Below, piece after piece: positions 60,628-64,000 of a DNA stretch of 64,000 bases. Origin of the DNA: Candidatus Latescibacterota bacterium (GTDB lineage: Bacteria > Latescibacterota > UBA2968 > UBA8231); contig CBDAOB010000005.1 in the NCBI GenBank assembly GCA_965197905.1, forward strand, positions 192,001 through 256,000, in the 5' to 3' direction. The notes below the pieces were generated by a model. That model saw only the letters and a list, made by a program, of their open reading frames with translations, made no database searches and had not been told where the DNA came from. Position numbers and translations under genes: made by a program. The number at the start of each line of letters is the position of its first letter. The first letter of the stretch is position 1.

Positions 60628-62049
60628 ATGGACGAGCGCATCTTCGGAATCGAAGTGGAATTCGGATGTCTACCGCCCGACGCCGACCCGTTTTTGAGCC
60701 CGGACTTCATCTCGGTCAAGGCGAAGGACTGCATCTTCTACCGCGAGGGATTGGGAATCGTTGATATTCATTACCGTGGAAGGGACGAACCCCCGGGCAA
60801 TGGAGGGTTTCTGTTCAACGGCGGGCGGATCTACATCGACATGGGGCACGTCGAATACGCCACGCCCGAATGCCAGGGTCTGTTCGATCTGGTAGCGGCA
60901 GATCGGGCCGGCGAAATCATCGTTCAACGGGCGCTTGAGCAACTCGGTCTCGCCGAAACGGCTTCCTTCTTCAAGAACAACATCGATCATTACACCGGCG
61001 CCACCTTCGGTTGTCACGAAAACTATCTTGTGCGCCGCGACGTGCCGTTTTCCCAGGTTCTGTTGCCCGCCATGCTGCCGTTTTTCGTTACCCGACAGAT
61101 TTTCGCGGGTGCCGGTCGCGTTGGTTGTCACACGGACATCTTCGAATATGGAGGCAATGAGGAGGAGGGGGTCGCGTATCAGCTTTCTCAGCGCGCCGAC
61201 CACATCGTAACCGAGATCTATCAGTGGATCCAGTTCAGTCGGGCGATCATAAACACCCGTGACGAGCCGCTGGCTGATTGGGGGCTCTACCGCCGACTGC
61301 ACCTTCTGGTTGGCGACTCGAACATGTCCGAGTACGCCACCGCGCTCAAGGTCGGCACAACGGCGCTGATTCTGCGGTTGATCGAGGAGCGGGTGGTTCC
61401 GCCCATATCCCTGTTGGACCCCGTCCAGGCCATTCGCGACATCTCCCGCGATCTCAACTTCCGCTGGGAGGTGCAGCTCGAGGACGGCAGCTACACGACG
61501 GCGACCGAGATTCAGCGCGCCTATCTGGATCTGGCTGAACGCTATCTGCGCGGCAAGGACCCCGAGGGCGACTGGGTCCTGGACGAATGGCGGTTCGTCG
61601 TCGACGGCCTCGATTTCGACCCCATGAGCCTCATCGACCGAGTGGACTGGGTTACCAAGAAGTGGCTGCTGGAATCCTTCATGCGTTCCGAGGACCTGGA
61701 GTGGAACGACCCGGCGATCCAGAGCCTCGATCTTGAATACCACAACCTCAATATGGACCGGGGTCTCTACTTCGACCTGCGGCGCCGCGGCATGACCAAA
61801 CGCGTGGTCGACGACGACCAGGTGAACATGGCGCTGGTCACGCCGCCGCAGGACACCCGGGCAAAGGCGCGGTCAGTGGTGATGCGCGAGCTCACCGGTC
61901 AGAAAGCCCGCTACGTGATCGATTGGGACTCGATTTACGTCGAAGATGAGAAGTATCTCAGCCTGGATGATCCTTTTCTGGTGTACGACATCGAAACCCG
62001 GGAGTTCATCGACGACTGCCGCAACGGGGCGCCCCCAGAGGCATATTAG
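60628..62049 (+). CDS. pafA: Pup/UBact-protein ligase PafA-like
   Basis: RIFGIEVEFG, FLFNGGRIYIDMGHVEYATPEC, GCHENY, SQRADH, RAIINTRDEP, GDSNMSE, PPQDTRA. Confidence 0.88.
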   Translation: MDERIFGIEVEFGCLPPDADPFLSPDFISVKAKDCIFYREGLGIVDIHYRGRDEPPGNGGFLFNGGRIYIDMGHVEYATPECQGLFDLVAADRAGEIIVQRALEQLGLAETASFFKNNIDHYTGATFGCHENYLVRRDVPFSQVLLPAMLPFFVTRQIFAGAGRVGCHTDIFEYGGNEEEGVAYQLSQRADHIVTEIYQWIQFSRAIINTRDEPLADWGLYRRLHLLVGDSNMSEYATALKVGTTALILRLIEERVVPPISLLDPVQAIRDISRDLNFRWEVQLEDGSYTTATEIQRAYLDLAERYLRGKDPEGDWVLDEWRFVVDGLDFDPMSLIDRVDWVTKKWLLESFMRSEDLEWNDPAIQSLDLEYHNLNMDRGLYFDLRRRGMTKRVVDDDQVNMALVTPPQDTRAKARSVVMRELTGQKARYVIDWDSIYVEDEKYLSLDDPFLVYDIETREFIDDCRNGAPPEAY

Positions 62050-62133
62050 GAACGCAACCACCGCGTCCCATTTTTTGGATATTTGCTCCGTCCCGATTAT
62101 ATTCAAACAGGTAACACCCCAAGGAGATAACAG

Positions 62134-62571
62134 ATGCCTCTGCCAATGGCGGCGGCCGGCAAGGATGTATATGCGCCGGCCGAGTCCCGCTTGCGCACTC
62201 AGTCCAAACCGGTCGGACTGGGCCCACAAAGGCTCAATAGCGGCGTGGGAATCGACCCGCTCAGGGCGACCTCAAGTCCGGTCACGAGCTCCCAATCGCT
62301 GCTGGCTGAACCCCCTCCCGCCGGGCAGCAACTCATCGATATGCTCCGCGGTTCCGCCCGCGACAGCAGCTCCTTTACGGCATCGCTGGGATCCGGCCCT
62401 GCAGGAACGACCTCCCTGGGGGTTCTGCAGGCACGGATTTCGAGAGCTCGAAGTCAGTGGCGCGAGATAGATAGCAAGGCCCGTTTCCTGCTGGCCAGTC
62501 GCGGAGATGTCCGCTCCAACGCCTGGTTCAAGGCGCCCATTCCGCAGGTAAAAATCGACTTGACCGGCTGA
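62134..62571 (+). CDS. Hypothetical protein (S/A/P-rich)
   Basis: AAGGAG RBS; fills the gap between pafA and the next gene; ends KIDLTG. Confidence 0.55.
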   Translation: MPLPMAAAGKDVYAPAESRLRTQSKPVGLGPQRLNSGVGIDPLRATSSPVTSSQSLLAEPPPAGQQLIDMLRGSARDSSSFTASLGSGPAGTTSLGVLQARISRARSQWREIDSKARFLLASRGDVRSNAWFKAPIPQVKIDLTG

Positions 62572-62583
62572 GGCCGCCCGCAT

Positions 62584-64000
62584 TTGTTCCAGGTTTCTCC
62601 GTCCGTAGTATCCCGCCCTACCTTCCTAGTCATTCTTGTTTTCCTGATTGTTTCTTTTGCCGTTGTCCGCGCCGATGAGTTTGTATGCGCCGGGACGTTG
62701 CCGGCGTCGGTGAAACCCCTGGCGCAATCCTCGGGTACCCTGAACGCCCTGGTTGTGTTCGCCAAGTTCCAGGGGGAAGCAGCCGGCGACGATGCGGCGC
62801 CGGCATGGGCCGTGGATCTCTTCAATCCCGGACTGCCGGGCAGTTTCGCCCATTTCTACGACGAGGCTTCCCGTGGCCTTCTGCTGGTCCGTGGCTCGGT
62901 AGTACCGAAACGCTACAGCTCACTGCGGCCGGCTTCCGACTACGTCGCTGAGCGCTCGGGAGTTCAGGGTCGCTTCGGTCAGTTCAACCTCGAAATCCTC
63001 GAGCAGATGGACCCCGATGTCGACCTCGGTCTGTTCGACAACGACGGTGGTGATGGGGTGCCGAATTCTGGGGACGATGATGGCTATGTGGACGTGGTCT
63101 TCGTCAATCTATTGACCGTGCCGCAGAATTTCTTCATCTCCGGCGCGACCGGTTTTGCCTCGCTGGGGCTGGATACCGATTTCATCAGCGACGATGCCGC
63201 CGCCGGCGGTGGACGGATTCGGATTCGCAGTCGTTTCAGCGGCTTCGGTGGCACCACCCAACGCGGTCATGTTTTCTCGGTCACCGCATCCACCATGTGT
63301 CACGAATTCGGCCACGTGCTCGGCTTGCCCGACCTGTTCGATCAGTCATCCGTCTCCATGGGCGATGAGCTCGATCCCGAGCAGGACAGCGCCGGCATCG
63401 GGAAATGGGGACTGATGGGTCTCGGTACGTTGGGATGGGGGATCGAGGACGGTCCAAACGCCTTCTCAGCCTGGTCGCTGGCGCAGTTGGGTTGGGTCGA
63501 GGTGGTGGAGATCAGCAGGAGTCGTCCTGGTCTGGTCATCGAAGACATCGATGCCGGCGGCGTGGTCTACAAGATCCCGATCGGATACGACGAGTACCTG
63601 CTGCTGGAGAATCGCCAAGCCTCGGAATCGTATTACAACCGCAATGTGCCGGGAACGGGGCTGCTGGTCTGGCATGTGGACGACCAGGCGGACAACGACG
63701 AGGAGCGCCACAAGCAGGTCGACCTGGTCTGCGCGGATGGTCTCTACAGCGATCGCGGTTTCCCGGGGTCGCTGCCCGATCCGCGGGCCGGCCGCGACAA
63801 CCTCGACTTCTGGTCCCGCGACACTGCTTACGCGGAGGCGCGCAACGGCAATCAAGGTGATGCAACGGATCCGTTCGACGGGGTGGAGCGGACCCGCCTT
63901 GCGTTCGACACCAATCCGGCGGTCGGTGCCCACACCGGATTCAGGCGCGATTTGCCGCTGGGCATTGTGCTGGAGAAGATTCGCTCGCAGGGCTCAAACC
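62584..64000 (+). CDS. M6 family (immune inhibitor A-like) secreted metalloprotease, 3' end outside window
   Basis: Open frame from TTG 62584 to the window end (absent from the ORF track): signal peptide, ALVVFAKF, FDNDG.DG.PNSGDDDGYVD, CHEFGHVLGLPDL, GIGKWGLMG, EYLLLENRQ, GLLVWHVD. Confidence 0.88.
   Translation, partial: MFQVSPSVVSRPTFLVILVFLIVSFAVVRADEFVCAGTLPASVKPLAQSSGTLNALVVFAKFQGEAAGDDAAPAWAVDLFNPGLPGSFAHFYDEASRGLLLVRGSVVPKRYSSLRPASDYVAERSGVQGRFGQFNLEILEQMDPDVDLGLFDNDGGDGVPNSGDDDGYVDVVFVNLLTVPQNFFISGATGFASLGLDTDFISDDAAAGGGRIRIRSRFSGFGGTTQRGHVFSVTASTMCHEFGHVLGLPDLFDQSSVSMGDELDPEQDSAGIGKWGLMGLGTLGWGIEDGPNAFSAWSLAQLGWVEVVEISRSRPGLVIEDIDAGGVVYKIPIGYDEYLLLENRQASESYYNRNVPGTGLLVWHVDDQADNDEERHKQVDLVCADGLYSDRGFPGSLPDPRAGRDNLDFWSRDTAYAEARNGNQGDATDPFDGVERTRLAFDTNPAVGAHTGFRRDLPLGIVLEKIRSQGSN

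Overview
GC-rich bacterial chromosomal window from a diderm: it has TonB-dependent receptors, lipoproteins and a FlgD-Ig-tailed surface protein. The gene content fits the Latescibacterota/Gemmatimonadota/Poribacteria-like sphere, which is an inference only. 1-11.8 kb lies downstream of a tRNA-Phe and looks like a decaying accessory region: two beta-propeller hybrid histidine kinases flank a phytase plus a TonB receptor broken by an exact 13-bp tandem duplication, with three further gene remnants. 11.9-26.4 kb holds glutaredoxin, murA, MazG, SDR and aldolase genes, a sensor kinase, an uncharacterised YHS-like/zinc-ribbon membrane protein, a circularly permuted flavoprotein fused to a membrane polyferredoxin, and an archaeal-type topoisomerase VI (top6B-top6A). 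26.5-47.2 kb is a minus-strand run: a TPP-riboswitch thiamine salvage unit, an orphan cytochrome oxidase subunit III, tdh-kbl, an amino-acid/amine catabolic cluster and glycosidases. 47.4-64 kb holds a large modular surface protein, two MBL-fold hydrolases (one with a broken metal motif), lepB, a complete UBact-proteasome operon (arc-dop-ubact-prcB-prcA-pafA) and a partial M6 metalloprotease. No CRISPR array, rRNA, integrase or transposase was seen. All calls come from motif recognition by eye; no searches were run.
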